Shown in pieces: positions 1 through 10,854 of a DNA stretch of 55,239 nt. The stretch's first letter is position 1. Every line of letters starts with the position of its first letter. Location: NCBI GenBank assembly GCA_035283845.1, contig DATESZ010000155.1, positions 1 through 55,239 of the forward strand. The letters run 5' to 3'. The DNA comes from Syntrophales bacterium. GTDB taxonomy: Bacteria; Desulfobacterota; Syntrophia; Syntrophales; JACQWR01. The position numbers and the translations under genes are program-made. The notes below the pieces were generated by a model. That model had not been told where the DNA came from, searched no databases, and was given only the letters and a program-made list of their open reading frames with translations.

Positions 1-1062
<1,062 letters not shown>

Positions 1063-1095
1063 ATTCCCATCCAATTGTTGCTTGAATTTTACCCA

Positions 1096-1674
1096 TTACC
1101 CGCACAGGTGTATTAACATCGGTCCTATATCACGCAAGGGCAGCACTGCCTGCGGCTCCGCCGCTTTAAGGGCGGCTTCGGGCATGGCAGCGGACTGGGC
1201 CTCCCTGGGGTCCTGAACGATGGCATACCCGCCCAGCAACTTGATCCGCGCCAGCCCCCGGCTGCCGTCGGCGCTGGCCCCGGTCATCACAACGCCGATT
1301 AATTCAGAACCATACGACTCGGCTGCCGTTTCGAAAGTCACATCCACGGACGGTCGGGAATAGTTGACCCGTTCATCCACGTTCAGGGAAAAGGTTCCAT
1401 CCAGCTCCAGCAGCAGATGATAATTTGGCGGCGCGAGATACGCCACACCTGGCTGCGGCCTGATCTTTTCGTCTGCCTCGCGAACGTCGATCGCGCATTT
1501 GCCTTTGAGAATCGTATGGAGGCGGCTCATCACACGGGGATTGATGTGCTGCACAATCACGAGCGGCGCGGGAAAGGCGGCCGGCAATGACGGTAACACC
1601 CTGGACAGGGCATCCAGGCCGCCTGCCGAGCAGCCGATCACCACCGCTCGATAGAACTCCGCCCCCGCCTTCAT
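1096..1674 (-). CDS. cheB: CheB-type protein-glutamate methylesterase, catalytic domain only
   Basis: VVIGCSAGGLDAL (Ser), LVIVQHI (His) and VVMTGASADG (Asp) match the CheB esterase domain. There is no receiver domain. 4-nt ATGA overlap with the upstream cheR-like gene. Confidence 0.8.
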   Translation of the reverse strand: MKAGAEFYRAVVIGCSAGGLDALSRVLPSLPAAFPAPLVIVQHINPRVMSRLHTILKGKCAIDVREADEKIRPQPGVAYLAPPNYHLLLELDGTFSLNVDERVNYSRPSVDVTFETAAESYGSELIGVVMTGASADGSRGLARIKLLGGYAIVQDPREAQSAAMPEAALKAAEPQAVLPLRDIGPMLIHLCG

Positions 1675-2534
1675 GATCCCCCTTCGCGTTTACGGTATAT
1701 CTTTTCCCGCTCGACCATCACTTCGAAATTGCCTTGGTGCGAAGAAAATGTAACCGATTCCTTTGATCCCAGGCAGAGAATCCCTCCCGGCGCCAGACTT
1801 TTCGCAAAGAGGTCCAGAACATGATTCTGAAGCTCCCTGTTGAAATAAATCAGGACGTTGCGGCAGACGATCATGTCCATCTCGCTGAAAACTCCGTCGC
1901 TGGTCAGATTGTGCTTTGCGAAAATTATGTCGTCCTTGAGCGATTTTGCGAGAATAGCGGAGTTATAGCGGGCATTATAGTAGTCTCCGAAGGAGCGTTC
2001 GCCGCCGGCTTTCTGGTAATTCGCCGTGTATTCCTTAATACGATCGACGGGATACATGCCATCCTGGGCGCTTTTGAGCACAACCTCATTCAGATCGGTC
2101 GCGTAGATGCGGTAACGTTTCTGTAACTCCGCTTCGTGGAGTAAAATGGCCATGGAATACACTTCCTCCCCGGTGGCACAGCCGGCGTGCCATATCCTGA
2201 TGAGGTCACGCGTTTTCAAATAAGGGATAACGGTTTGGCGCACGGCCAGAAAGAAGGTCGGGTCGCGAAACATTTCCGTAACATTGATGGAGAGGGTGAG
2301 CAGCATGGTATCGAAGACATCGCGGTCGCTGAGCACGGCATGGATCAGGTCCGTGATCCGGTCAATCCTGGTCTTATCCATCACCTTTAAAATACGGCGT
2401 TTAACGCTGGCACGGGAGTAGCTGCGAAAATCGTAACCGTATTTGCGTAATACCGCATCGAGCAGAAGATCGATCTCGAGGTTTTCGACCTCTATCTGAT
2501 TCATCTGTTCATTGTGGGGCGATACATTCGTCAT
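1671..2534 (-). CDS. cheR: CheR-type SAM-dependent protein-glutamate methyltransferase
   Basis: TEMFRDPTFF, IWHAGCATGEEVYSMAILL and IVCRNVLIYF are CheR-family patterns. ATGA overlap with the upstream kinase gene. Confidence 0.85.
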   Translation of the reverse strand: MTNVSPHNEQMNQIEVENLEIDLLLDAVLRKYGYDFRSYSRASVKRRILKVMDKTRIDRITDLIHAVLSDRDVFDTMLLTLSINVTEMFRDPTFFLAVRQTVIPYLKTRDLIRIWHAGCATGEEVYSMAILLHEAELQKRYRIYATDLNEVVLKSAQDGMYPVDRIKEYTANYQKAGGERSFGDYYNARYNSAILAKSLKDDIIFAKHNLTSDGVFSEMDMIVCRNVLIYFNRELQNHVLDLFAKSLAPGGILCLGSKESVTFSSHQGNFEVMVEREKIYRKREGGS

Positions 2535-5500
2535 TTATACAACCATACCCGCAGCATCGACTGCAGTTTTTCCATGTCCACCGGTTTGGACAGATAGTCG
2601 CTCGCTCCGGCCTCAATACAACTGGCCCGATCACCCTTCATGGCCTTGGCGGTCAGCGTGATAATGGGCAGGTTTTTAAAGCGCGGCTGTTCGCGAATCT
2701 GTCTTGTGGCCTCGTAACCGTCCATCACGGGCATCATGATATCCATCAAAACCAGATCAATGCCCGTATTCTCGGCCAGCATGTCCAGGCATTCCTGGCC
2801 GTTGGCGGCCGTGAATATTTTCAGTCCCTTTTCCTCCAGCGCGCTGATGAGCGCAAAGACATTGCGCATGTCGTCGTCAACAACTAAAATCTGGCGACCG
2901 TCGAAAATCGCATCCCTGTCATGCAGCATACGGATGACGCGCCGTTTTTCCTCAGGCAAATCCTTCTCGACACGGTGCATGAATAAAGCAGTTTCGTCCA
3001 GGAGCCTCTCCGGGGAGCGGACGTCTTTGATCGTTACGCGCTCGGCGTATTTATCCAGCATGACCCGCTCTTCTGGTGTCAACTCCTTGCCGGTGAAAAC
3101 AATGACGGGGACATAAGGCTCATGGTCGCTCAGTCGCATGTTTTCCAATAACTCAATTCCCGACATATCCGGCAGGCCGAGATCGAGGACAATGCAATCG
3201 AACCCGCCTTTTTTAATCGCCTGGAGCGCCTCCCGGGCGCAGGCGGCGGTCACGACCTCGACATTTTCGTCGGCCAGGAGTTCTTTGAGGCTGTCGCTTT
3301 CGGTTTCATTGTCCTCGACGACCAGGAGCCTCTTGACCTGTTTGCTAATTACGCTCTCTATACGGCCAAAGACCCCGTTGAGCTGATCCAGACTGACCGG
3401 TTTCCGCAGGAACCCCACGGCGCCCCTCCGCAGCGATTCCTGCTTTGTCTCATGGCCGGAGATGATATGGACCGGAATGTGGCGCGTGTTGAGGTTTTCT
3501 TTGAGCTTGGTCAATATGGTCAGGCCGTCCATACCGCCCGGCAGCCCCAAGTCGAGTATGATGGCGCTGGGGATATAGAAGTCCGCCAGGTGCAGCGCCG
3601 CTTTTCCTTCCCAGGCGACCAGAGCATTGAAGCCCTGTTCGCGCGCCATATCCATCAGCGTTCGCGCGAAGACCGGGTCGTCCTCGATTACAAGAATCGC
3701 CTTATCGCCCTTGGAGATTTTGCGCCGGTCGTCGCGGATATTTTCCACGTCCTGGGGCGATGTGACCGGCATCCCGTCGATGTCCCGGACCTGTGCCGGC
3801 TCACTCCGATCGGAATCTAAAGCCGCATCCGGTACATCCGTCGGCATCCGGGTTGCTTTTGTGGACTGCCCGGCATCGCTTAAAGAATCTTTTAATTTGT
3901 CGGCCTGAGCGACTATGGATATTACGGACGTAAACTTGCTTCCCTTGCCCAGCTCACTCTCCAGACGGATGCCGCCGCCAAGATGCCTGGACAGCTCTCT
4001 GCTGATGGAAAGTCCGAGGCCCGTCCCACCAAATTTGCGCCGGATGGAAGCGTCGGCCTGTTGGAAAGCCTCAAAAATCAGATTCTGCTTATCCGCCGGT
4101 ATCCCTATGCCGGTATCTGCAACGGAGCAGGCAATGTAACCATCGACGGCCTCGATCGGCATGCCGATGACCTGCATATCCTCTTTCGTTGGCTTGTGAA
4201 TGGTCAGGGCAACGTGGCCTTTTTCGGTGAATTTAATGGCATTGGAGAGCAGATTGTTAAGAATTTGGCTGAGAAACTGGGGATCGCTGACGATCCTCTC
4301 GGGGATCCGCTCGTCGATTTGATATTTGAGTTCCAGTCCCTTTTTCTGCACTATGGGTTCGAGCTTGGCCTTGATGTCCTCGATTATTCGCGAAAGCTTG
4401 ATATCTTCAGGGTGAATAACGATTTTGCCGGCTTCAATCTTCGAGAGGTCGAGAATATCGTTAATCAAATTAAGAAGATCGGCCCCCGCGCTGTTGATGG
4501 TGCTGCAGAATTTCACTTGCTTTTCAGTGAGATTTTTGTCCTTGTTTCCCATCAACAGAGAAGAGAGAATCATCAAGCTATTGAGCGGCGTGCGCAGCTC
4601 GTGAGACATGTTCGCCAGAAACTCGGACTTGTACTTGCTCGCGACTTCCAGCTCTTTGGCCTTGATCTCGATCAACTGCCTGGCTCTTTCAATATCCTGG
4701 TTCCTCTTGACGACTTCTTCCTTCTGCTGGCGAAGGTCCTCGGAACGCTCCTCGAGCTCCTGGTTGGTGACCTCCAGTTCCTCCTGTTGAACGCGAAGCT
4801 GCTCCTCGGATTCCTTGAGGGCCTTGTCCTGTTCTTCCAGCTCTTCATTTGTCCGGCGCAGCTCCTCTTCCTGAACCTTAAGCTCCTCATTCTGTTGCTG
4901 CGTCTGTTCCAACAGCGCTGCCGTCTTATTCCGGGTCTGTATGATTTCAATGACGATAGCAATATTAATAGAAGCCCGCTCAAGGAAATGGATATCCCAG
5001 TCCGAAAATTCATGAAGCGATCCCAATTCGACCACGCCCTTGACGGCGCCGTCTTTCATCAGGGGGTAGGCTATAATATTCTTTGGCGAAGCAGATCCAA
5101 TGCCTGATTGAATATGGACATAGTCGTCGGGGCAGTGCGTCATGATGATGTATTTTTTCTCAAGTGCCGCCTGGCCGATCAAACCTTCTCCAAAGGAAAA
5201 CTCATCACTCGACCCTTTCCTTTTTTCGTAGGCGTAACTGCCGACGAGCCTGAGACGATCATCGCCTTCAGCGATATATATGGCGCCGATATTGGCGCCG
5301 ATATATTCGCAAAGATGAGAGATGACACGGGGTGCAACGACCGAAAAATCCTGTTCGCCCTGCGTCATTTCATGCATGGCCGTCTGCCCGGCTTTCATCC
5401 GATTCAGATCCAGGAGTTCCTTACTGTAATTTTGCATTTTTTGAATGATTTTAACGATGAAAAGGAGCCCGCCCAGGCAAATGAATGCCGCCACCATGGC

Positions 5501-6163
5501 AAATATCAGCAGGATCGCTGATAAAAGACGCTTGGCCCACCTGGAGTTTTCGCCCATTGTGGCAGAGAATTCATTTGTAAAAATTTGTAATCTATCACAA
5601 AGAACCTCCAGTTTATACGTCATATCGCTTATCGTCTCCGGATTTGCTTCACCGGTTGTAATCATCTGCCGAATTTTAATTCCCAGTTCCGTCAATTCAG
5701 CGGCATACTTATCTGACCTTGCCCACAATTTGATGCCCTTATCCATATATTCAAAATTCCGAAATGTTTTAAAAAGGAAAATCATCCCCTCGATATCTTC
5801 CCGATGGCTGCCCCCCTTTTGAAAACCTTCGTGCACGACCGAAAGATCGGGGTGCAATTTTTCCAGTTCCATGCGAGCCATTTTGTAGCCAGTTATCCCT
5901 GCCATGTCCTCCAGAAATAGCTCGTATTTCTCTTCACTGCGTTTCATGGCGTATTCCAACAGATGCATAGCAGCGCTATTCACTCCTTTTGAATAGCTGG
6001 ATTCAGCGTTGATATACGCCCTTAAGGAAGAAAGGATGCCCAGCCCGAAGTTGCCAATAAGGAACATGCCGGCAATAGATGCCAGCACTACGAATATCGT
6101 AATGTACAGCTTGATCTTCAGGGAACGATCTGATGATTTTGTTTCAGTCGAAAAATTATTCAT
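2531..6163 (-). CDS. Hybrid sensor histidine kinase (TM, GAF, coiled coil, HisKA, HATPase_c, three receiver domains)
   Basis: GAF-like IGAIYIAEGDDRLRLVGSYA...GLIGQAA; long E/Q/K coiled coil; H-box [15 protein letters not shown]; DTGIGIP...GGTGLGLSISREL; three REC domains (ILVIEDDP, LLVVEDNE, ILVVDDDM...DIMMPVMDGYE). Confidence 0.85.
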   Translation of the reverse strand: MNNFSTETKSSDRSLKIKLYITIFVVLASIAGMFLIGNFGLGILSSLRAYINAESSYSKGVNSAAMHLLEYAMKRSEEKYELFLEDMAGITGYKMARMELEKLHPDLSVVHEGFQKGGSHREDIEGMIFLFKTFRNFEYMDKGIKLWARSDKYAAELTELGIKIRQMITTGEANPETISDMTYKLEVLCDRLQIFTNEFSATMGENSRWAKRLLSAILLIFAMVAAFICLGGLLFIVKIIQKMQNYSKELLDLNRMKAGQTAMHEMTQGEQDFSVVAPRVISHLCEYIGANIGAIYIAEGDDRLRLVGSYAYEKRKGSSDEFSFGEGLIGQAALEKKYIIMTHCPDDYVHIQSGIGSASPKNIIAYPLMKDGAVKGVVELGSLHEFSDWDIHFLERASINIAIVIEIIQTRNKTAALLEQTQQQNEELKVQEEELRRTNEELEEQDKALKESEEQLRVQQEELEVTNQELEERSEDLRQQKEEVVKRNQDIERARQLIEIKAKELEVASKYKSEFLANMSHELRTPLNSLMILSSLLMGNKDKNLTEKQVKFCSTINSAGADLLNLINDILDLSKIEAGKIVIHPEDIKLSRIIEDIKAKLEPIVQKKGLELKYQIDERIPERIVSDPQFLSQILNNLLSNAIKFTEKGHVALTIHKPTKEDMQVIGMPIEAVDGYIACSVADTGIGIPADKQNLIFEAFQQADASIRRKFGGTGLGLSISRELSRHLGGGIRLESELGKGSKFTSVISIVAQADKLKDSLSDAGQSTKATRMPTDVPDAALDSDRSEPAQVRDIDGMPVTSPQDVENIRDDRRKISKGDKAILVIEDDPVFARTLMDMAREQGFNALVAWEGKAALHLADFYIPSAIILDLGLPGGMDGLTILTKLKENLNTRHIPVHIISGHETKQESLRRGAVGFLRKPVSLDQLNGVFGRIESVISKQVKRLLVVEDNETESDSLKELLADENVEVVTAACAREALQAIKKGGFDCIVLDLGLPDMSGIELLENMRLSDHEPYVPVIVFTGKELTPEERVMLDKYAERVTIKDVRSPERLLDETALFMHRVEKDLPEEKRRVIRMLHDRDAIFDGRQILVVDDDMRNVFALISALEEKGLKIFTAANGQECLDMLAENTGIDLVLMDIMMPVMDGYEATRQIREQPRFKNLPIITLTAKAMKGDRASCIEAGASDYLSKPVDMEKLQSMLRVWLYK

Positions 6164-6181
6164 ACTTTGCCTTCCTTGCCG

Positions 6182-6294
6182 TTCACCTGAAAATACCTTT
6201 CACCCTCCCCCTCACCCCCTCCCCTTGAGGGAGGGGGAAGGGGGAGGGGTAATTTTCATTATCCTTTGTGACGGACACCGTCATGAGGGTTTCA
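6182..6294. repeat. 113-bp palindromic intergenic element, copy 1 of type A
   Basis: Identical except for one base to 19297..19409. Contains a C-tract/G-tract hairpin (ccctccccctcaccccctcccc ttga gggagggggaagggggagggg) and a tgacgg-aca-ccgtca hairpin. Its right end overlaps the stop codon of the MinD-like gene. Confidence 0.85.
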
Positions 6295-7518
6295 TTCGAA
6301 AAGATACCTTTTTTCTATCTGGTTCAGCCTGAAGGCCATCCTTTCCATTTCCCGGCTTTGCGGCAAGTCCGGAGTCAGGGCCACAAAAGGCGTGATCCGG
6401 TTGACGGAGTTGCTGATATCGTCGCTGGTGGCCATGGTTCCCAGCACCTGATTGTCAATATGCAGGTACTGCCTTACCACCTTCTGAAGGTTTTGAACGA
6501 TCTTCATATCCTGGCTGCTGTTAACCATGTTGCCGACAATCTGGAAGCGTTGGCGGGCCAGTACGGCGGCAGCGGTGCGGCGGGCCGGATGAGCCTCCTC
6601 CAGAGCGCCGATGAGGCCATGGAGCTTCTGAGGATCGGAGCCGGCCTGGTCCAGAAGGCAGGCGAATCCGCCGGAGCGTTTCAGGTCATGGAGGAATGCA
6701 GACTTGATAAAACCATAGGCATTCTGCAGCGAGGTCACCTGAGGCGTCACGACGATGATTTTATCGCCGGCCAGCCGGTACAGATCGAGCGTTTCATCGT
6801 TCATGCCGGCGCCCAGGTCGATCACCAGACAATCGGCATCGACCTGCCCGAGGTCGGAAAGCAGACGCGACATTTCCTTAGCCAGGAAGGCATCCACCTT
6901 GTTCTGGGCGCCGCAAATCAGGCGCAGACCATGAAAGGCGGTGGCAACCGTGATCTCGTCAAGGGAACGCTCTTTACGCAGGTAATCCTCTAAAGAGCTC
7001 TCAATCCTGGTTATGCCCAGCAGGGTATTGCAGTTGCAATTACCGAAATCGCCGTCCAGGAGGGCGACTTTGTGCTGCAGGTGCGATAAAGTAAGCGCCA
7101 GGTTCACCGCTACGATCGTTTTGCCGACGCCGCCCTTACCCCCGCCCACGGCAATCGTTTGACCGGCCTTATTGCGAACCACGTCAGGAGAAAGCGCCTC
7201 CCCATGTCCCTCAACTTCATCCAGGCCGACCTCCGGCCGGACAGGTCGAGGTCTGTTCTTTTCATTTTTAGTGACCCAGATCCTGACAACCCGGCCACCC
7301 TCCTCGGCGCTCTCATACCGTACGAGCGCACCGCTTAGCTCTATCTCGTTTCCTGTCGCAGGGTCCCGGAGAAAGAAAGCGAAATTGCCTGCACACAACC
7401 TCTGGATGGTCTCGTCAGAAAAACCTTCAGCACACTCAACTTGCAGACCGGCGGCCGATATGGACGCCACCTCATACTGGTGGCCGTCAAAGACAAACGT
7501 GGCCTTGATCAGATCCAT
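6292..7518 (-). CDS. MinD/ParA-family P-loop ATPase with an N-terminal beta-rich (PilZ-like?) extension
   Basis: Deviant Walker A GGGKGGVGKT, A' LLDGDFG, Walker B CLVIDLGAG. The ~110-aa N-terminal extension has SISAAGLQVE, which resembles the PilZ DxSxxG patch, but no RxxxR motif is present. It starts 1 nt after the stop of the mamK-like gene. Confidence 0.75.
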   Translation of the reverse strand: MDLIKATFVFDGHQYEVASISAAGLQVECAEGFSDETIQRLCAGNFAFFLRDPATGNEIELSGALVRYESAEEGGRVVRIWVTKNEKNRPRPVRPEVGLDEVEGHGEALSPDVVRNKAGQTIAVGGGKGGVGKTIVAVNLALTLSHLQHKVALLDGDFGNCNCNTLLGITRIESSLEDYLRKERSLDEITVATAFHGLRLICGAQNKVDAFLAKEMSRLLSDLGQVDADCLVIDLGAGMNDETLDLYRLAGDKIIVVTPQVTSLQNAYGFIKSAFLHDLKRSGGFACLLDQAGSDPQKLHGLIGALEEAHPARRTAAAVLARQRFQIVGNMVNSSQDMKIVQNLQKVVRQYLHIDNQVLGTMATSDDISNSVNRITPFVALTPDLPQSREMERMAFRLNQIEKRYLFE

Positions 7519-7519
7519 C

Positions 7520-8665
7520 CTACACCGAGGCGCTGATCAGCGCACCCATGGCGGTCGCCCGCAGCGGGTCGTGGGCCAGGCGCACCGACGATATTGCTAT
7601 TGGCATGGGGACCTCCTTCATGAGCTGCTCGAACTTAACCTTGAACCCATTCGGCAGGCATGTGCCGCCGGCCAGGACGATCGGTATGGCCTGATTGAGC
7701 CGGGGCAGTCTGTCGGACCGGGAGAGAATGCCTGACAATGTGGAAAGAAGGGTCATGATCAGGTCTTCATAGTAGATAATGAGCGCATTCTCCAGATTGC
7801 TCCTGGGGGTCCTGGCAAAGTCGAGGGATTCTTCCTTGATGATCCGCACGCGGTTTACCGTTTCGTGCATCATCCGGGCGACGGACGCGTCAACATCATC
7901 CCCGCCCCGGCTGATGCTGAAAACAAGTACCGGCACGGACAAGAAGGAGAAGCAGATATTGCACATGCCGGCGCCCATGCTGATACCGATGCCGGTGAAA
8001 TTGTCGCCGGCGAGCTCAGAAATCACAACCGCCATCCCTTCATTGACGCTTTTGGGCTTGTAACCCATCCCTGCCAGGTACTTCTTCAGTATGCCTTCGT
8101 GGAAAACCAGATCCGCCTCGAATCCCACCTCCGGGGCCGGCACGCTGAAGCACAGGGGCTGAGCCATTTCTGCCGCCTTGGGAAGCACCAGGTTGATAAT
8201 TTCCTTCATGGCCGGGATGGCGTAGATCTCCTCCGACGTAATAAGACCCTTTTTCATGGGGCGGCGGATTTCACTGTTAAAGATATTCGCAAACTGCAAT
8301 GCGTCATAGCCCAGGACCACGGTTTCATCTTTTATCTTGGTATGGGCCATCTGGCTCTTCACCAGCATATCCTTCAGGAACTGGGTTTCTGAAACGGCGA
8401 TAAAAGCGTTCATCTGATCGGCGCCGATCTGGTCGTCCTGTTTTATGCTGACGATCCGGCTGGTTCCGATATCGAGGCCGTACGCTTTTTTAGCCACGGA
8501 TCTGCTTTCCACATTCTTCCCCGATTCCTTCAGACCATCGACCTTGGTGATCAGCTTGTCCAGCGCAAGAGGATCAACCGTCTCACTGGCTCCCTGCAAC
8601 AGGTCATCCAAAACATTTTTATCATCCTTGTCGTCATCATTTTCTTCAACCATGTCACCCTCCAT
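7520..8665 (-). CDS. mamK: MamK-like actin-family filament protein
   Basis: Actin-fold motifs LDIGTSRIV (phosphate 1), GIGISMGAGMCNI (phosphate 2) and IVLAGGTCLP (adenosine). Size and magnetosome-gene context fit MamK. Confidence 0.7.
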   Translation of the reverse strand: MEGDMVEENDDDKDDKNVLDDLLQGASETVDPLALDKLITKVDGLKESGKNVESRSVAKKAYGLDIGTSRIVSIKQDDQIGADQMNAFIAVSETQFLKDMLVKSQMAHTKIKDETVVLGYDALQFANIFNSEIRRPMKKGLITSEEIYAIPAMKEIINLVLPKAAEMAQPLCFSVPAPEVGFEADLVFHEGILKKYLAGMGYKPKSVNEGMAVVISELAGDNFTGIGISMGAGMCNICFSFLSVPVLVFSISRGGDDVDASVARMMHETVNRVRIIKEESLDFARTPRSNLENALIIYYEDLIMTLLSTLSGILSRSDRLPRLNQAIPIVLAGGTCLPNGFKVKFEQLMKEVPMPIAISSVRLAHDPLRATAMGALISASV

Positions 8666-8681
8666 TCTTTATAAGTTTTAT

Positions 8682-8764
8682 ATGAAAATCCCCCCGCCCC
8701 CTTTACCAAAGGGGGGTAAGAGGGGATTTTCATGCGCCCTTGAGCCCGCTTCGAGCATGGGTGT
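8682..8764. repeat. Palindromic intergenic element, type B copy
   Basis: Perfect 12-bp outer arms atgaaaatcccc...ggggattttcat around a C-tract/G-tract core, followed by a second stem catgc...gcatg and a gggtgt tail. Same architecture as 26291..26389 and 33396..33490. Confidence 0.7.
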
Positions 8765-8792
8765 TATTTCATCGGTCGACATTGAAAAACTT

Positions 8793-9167
8793 TTACAATT
8801 TATATCTTGACAGGTCGATGATTGTCAAATTATCACTTTCGAGGCCGGATTTCATCATCTCCACCATGTCCCTGCCGAAGTGCATATAGAACTCCCTTTT
8901 GTCAGCCTCATCAATTAGGGCATCGCTTTTTACGAGGCTCATAATCGTAATTTTCCCCTCGGCGCCGCCTGCTTCGTACGGAGAGTCTTGGAGGCCCGAA
9001 CATATACTCCGAACGTAGGCGACGTATTTCCCGGCGTAGTACATCGTGTCGGCGAGGATATTGTTCAGATAGCCTCCAACCTTGCCTATGCCCTTAATGG
9101 CCTCATAGACGAAATCAGATGACTGCATCGAGGCAAACCCTTCCATTTCCGCTGCTGCTGTTTCCAT
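8793..9167 (-). CDS. Hypothetical 124-aa protein following the ParM-like gene
   Basis: ORF in the operon series with no recognisable motif. The Gly-rich N-terminal patch IKGIGKVGGYLNNIL resembles patches in other cluster proteins. Confidence 0.4.
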   Translation of the reverse strand: METAAAEMEGFASMQSSDFVYEAIKGIGKVGGYLNNILADTMYYAGKYVAYVRSICSGLQDSPYEAGGAEGKITIMSLVKSDALIDEADKREFYMHFGRDMVEMMKSGLESDNLTIIDLSRYKL

Positions 9168-9196
9168 CGTTTATCTCCCTTCATTAATTAGTTAGG

Positions 9197-10258
9197 TTAA
9201 CTCAACATGTAATCGGCCCCTTCCAGCACCGTATATATTGGCTGCTTCTCAATATGGACATCATAAAAGCGGTAACCGCCTTCCTCCAGGGATAAGCGTA
9301 GAATATCACCATTGAGGGATGCACCGCCGCCCGTTACCAGCAGCATGGCCGGCCACTCCACCCGGTTCGTATAATAAGAGGTCAGAGTATCCGTCGTGAA
9401 CCTGGTGAACTCCTTGTTCAAGTCCCAGCGCACATTTTCCATGACCAGTGAAATATCATATAAATAGCCCGCCATATCCCCTTCGTTGTCGCGACGGACT
9501 TCAACGTTCTCGCAACCGAGCTCAATCTGCTTCACGAGCCACAAAAAATGATTGTCGGCTATGTTCTCTTCCGCAAAGAGCCGCACGATCTTTTCGTAAT
9601 AAAAGGATACTCCACAATCTACAGTCTGGAACAACTCCACACCCTTATCGCCATCAACCACATAGAGCTTTGTTTTATTATAGCCCACATCGACGACCAG
9701 GGCCGTCGTAAAGTCCCTGATATTTTTTTCCAGGAATCCCGCTACCGCATCGCCGGAAGGCAGCAGCGAAAGACGGATCGTTGCCTCCTTCCTGAGGCGG
9801 CGTTTATCATAACCGCGAAACGCGGAGATGTCCACCTTCTTATTGATCAGCGCCGCCCCAATTTCCTTAAAAACCTGCGCCCTGTGGTAATTGTCGACAA
9901 CCACGCTGATTTCCAGGTCATCATTGTTGTCGGCATAATCAAAGATGATCTTTTTCAGAATCAGGAGGGCCCTGCCGGCGCCGAGCCCCTCGCCATCGAA
10001 GGCGCTCATGATCTGTTCCAATCTCAGAGAGCTGCTGCAGTCATAACCGACTGTATAAAGATCTCCCTCGTGCTCGTAATACATCCGGTCCTTATCAATA
10101 TCGCCGGCCCGACTGACCAGCGTGGGGAAAAAGCCTCTTCCGTAAAATTGATAGGGCTGATCATCCCGGTCTCCCCCTCCATTTTCAGAGGCTCGGCGCA
10201 TTACGTACACCTTGGTATAAAAACATCCCGCATCAACCAGTATTTTTTTCACATACAT
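9197..10258 (-). CDS. Actin-fold ATPase, ParM/Alp-like (second actin paralogue)
   Basis: ILVDAGCFYTKVYV (phosphate 1), ALVVDVGYNKTKLYVV (phosphate 2), MLLVTGGGASLNG (adenosine). Confidence 0.65.
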   Translation of the reverse strand: MYVKKILVDAGCFYTKVYVMRRASENGGGDRDDQPYQFYGRGFFPTLVSRAGDIDKDRMYYEHEGDLYTVGYDCSSSLRLEQIMSAFDGEGLGAGRALLILKKIIFDYADNNDDLEISVVVDNYHRAQVFKEIGAALINKKVDISAFRGYDKRRLRKEATIRLSLLPSGDAVAGFLEKNIRDFTTALVVDVGYNKTKLYVVDGDKGVELFQTVDCGVSFYYEKIVRLFAEENIADNHFLWLVKQIELGCENVEVRRDNEGDMAGYLYDISLVMENVRWDLNKEFTRFTTDTLTSYYTNRVEWPAMLLVTGGGASLNGDILRLSLEEGGYRFYDVHIEKQPIYTVLEGADYMLS

Positions 10259-10297
10259 CCTAATCCCGATAAACGGGATAAGTGCATCCGGACATGA

Positions 10298-10801
10298 TTA
10301 GAACTTGATTTCTTTCGGCGCGCTTGCTTTGCGCAATTCGTGATAGCTTTTTCTTTTCTTCTGAGAGACAGCGGTCTTATCCACTTCCAGAAGCTTGGCG
10401 GCATCCTTCGGGGAAAACTCCCTCAAGTCTCCGCCGGCTAAAGGCGCCGCCAGACCTCTGCTCTGAAGATCCCTGAGCATGCCCCGTATTTCCCTGATCT
10501 CCTGATGGAGGGCGGTAGATCCGTAATCACCAGGCGCGGCCTGTCGCTCCTCCAGGAGGCTGTCTAAATGGTCAATCCGGTCCTGGGTGGTTTCATAGAG
10601 CTTGCCCGTGACGATTCGTTCCACCAGGTTTTGAAAAATCAGGAGCGGATCACTGCCCTTGCGGCGGCTTTTATCCACGAGTTTTAAGTACAGTTTCAGA
10701 ACGAGCTTCAGCACTTCCTTGGCGCCCTCGGGATGACATTGGGAGAACTTCTCCATAAGAGTCCTCAAATCTTCATCCACTACCAGGTAATAAACTCCCA
10801 T
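10298..10801 (-). CDS. Hypothetical 167-aa protein following the larger actin-like gene
   Basis: ORF in the operon series. Helical, with a basic C-terminus (KTAVSQKKRKSYHELRK). No family recognised. Confidence 0.4.
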   Translation of the reverse strand: MGVYYLVVDEDLRTLMEKFSQCHPEGAKEVLKLVLKLYLKLVDKSRRKGSDPLLIFQNLVERIVTGKLYETTQDRIDHLDSLLEERQAAPGDYGSTALHQEIREIRGMLRDLQSRGLAAPLAGGDLREFSPKDAAKLLEVDKTAVSQKKRKSYHELRKASAPKEIKF

Positions 10802-10854
10802 AATTTCCTCCCTTTCATTGTCAGAACCATCCGATATTGACTGACCGGACCCGC

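Noticed and set aside
3983-5107. 374-aa plus-strand ORF, and several others (2736..3116, 3452..3820, 5108..5822), inside the hybrid kinase gene
   Set aside because: They are antisense shadows of a well-supported 1210-aa minus-strand gene. Their composition is low-complexity and L/F-rich, with no motifs.
6009-6332. ORFs reading through the palindromic elements (also 26239..26421, 33157..33486, 50157..50354), which give PLPLREGEGGG-type peptides
   Set aside because: The open frames are created by the C-tract/G-tract hairpins. They overlap real genes or cross intergenic DNA, and the same DNA recurs in different frames.
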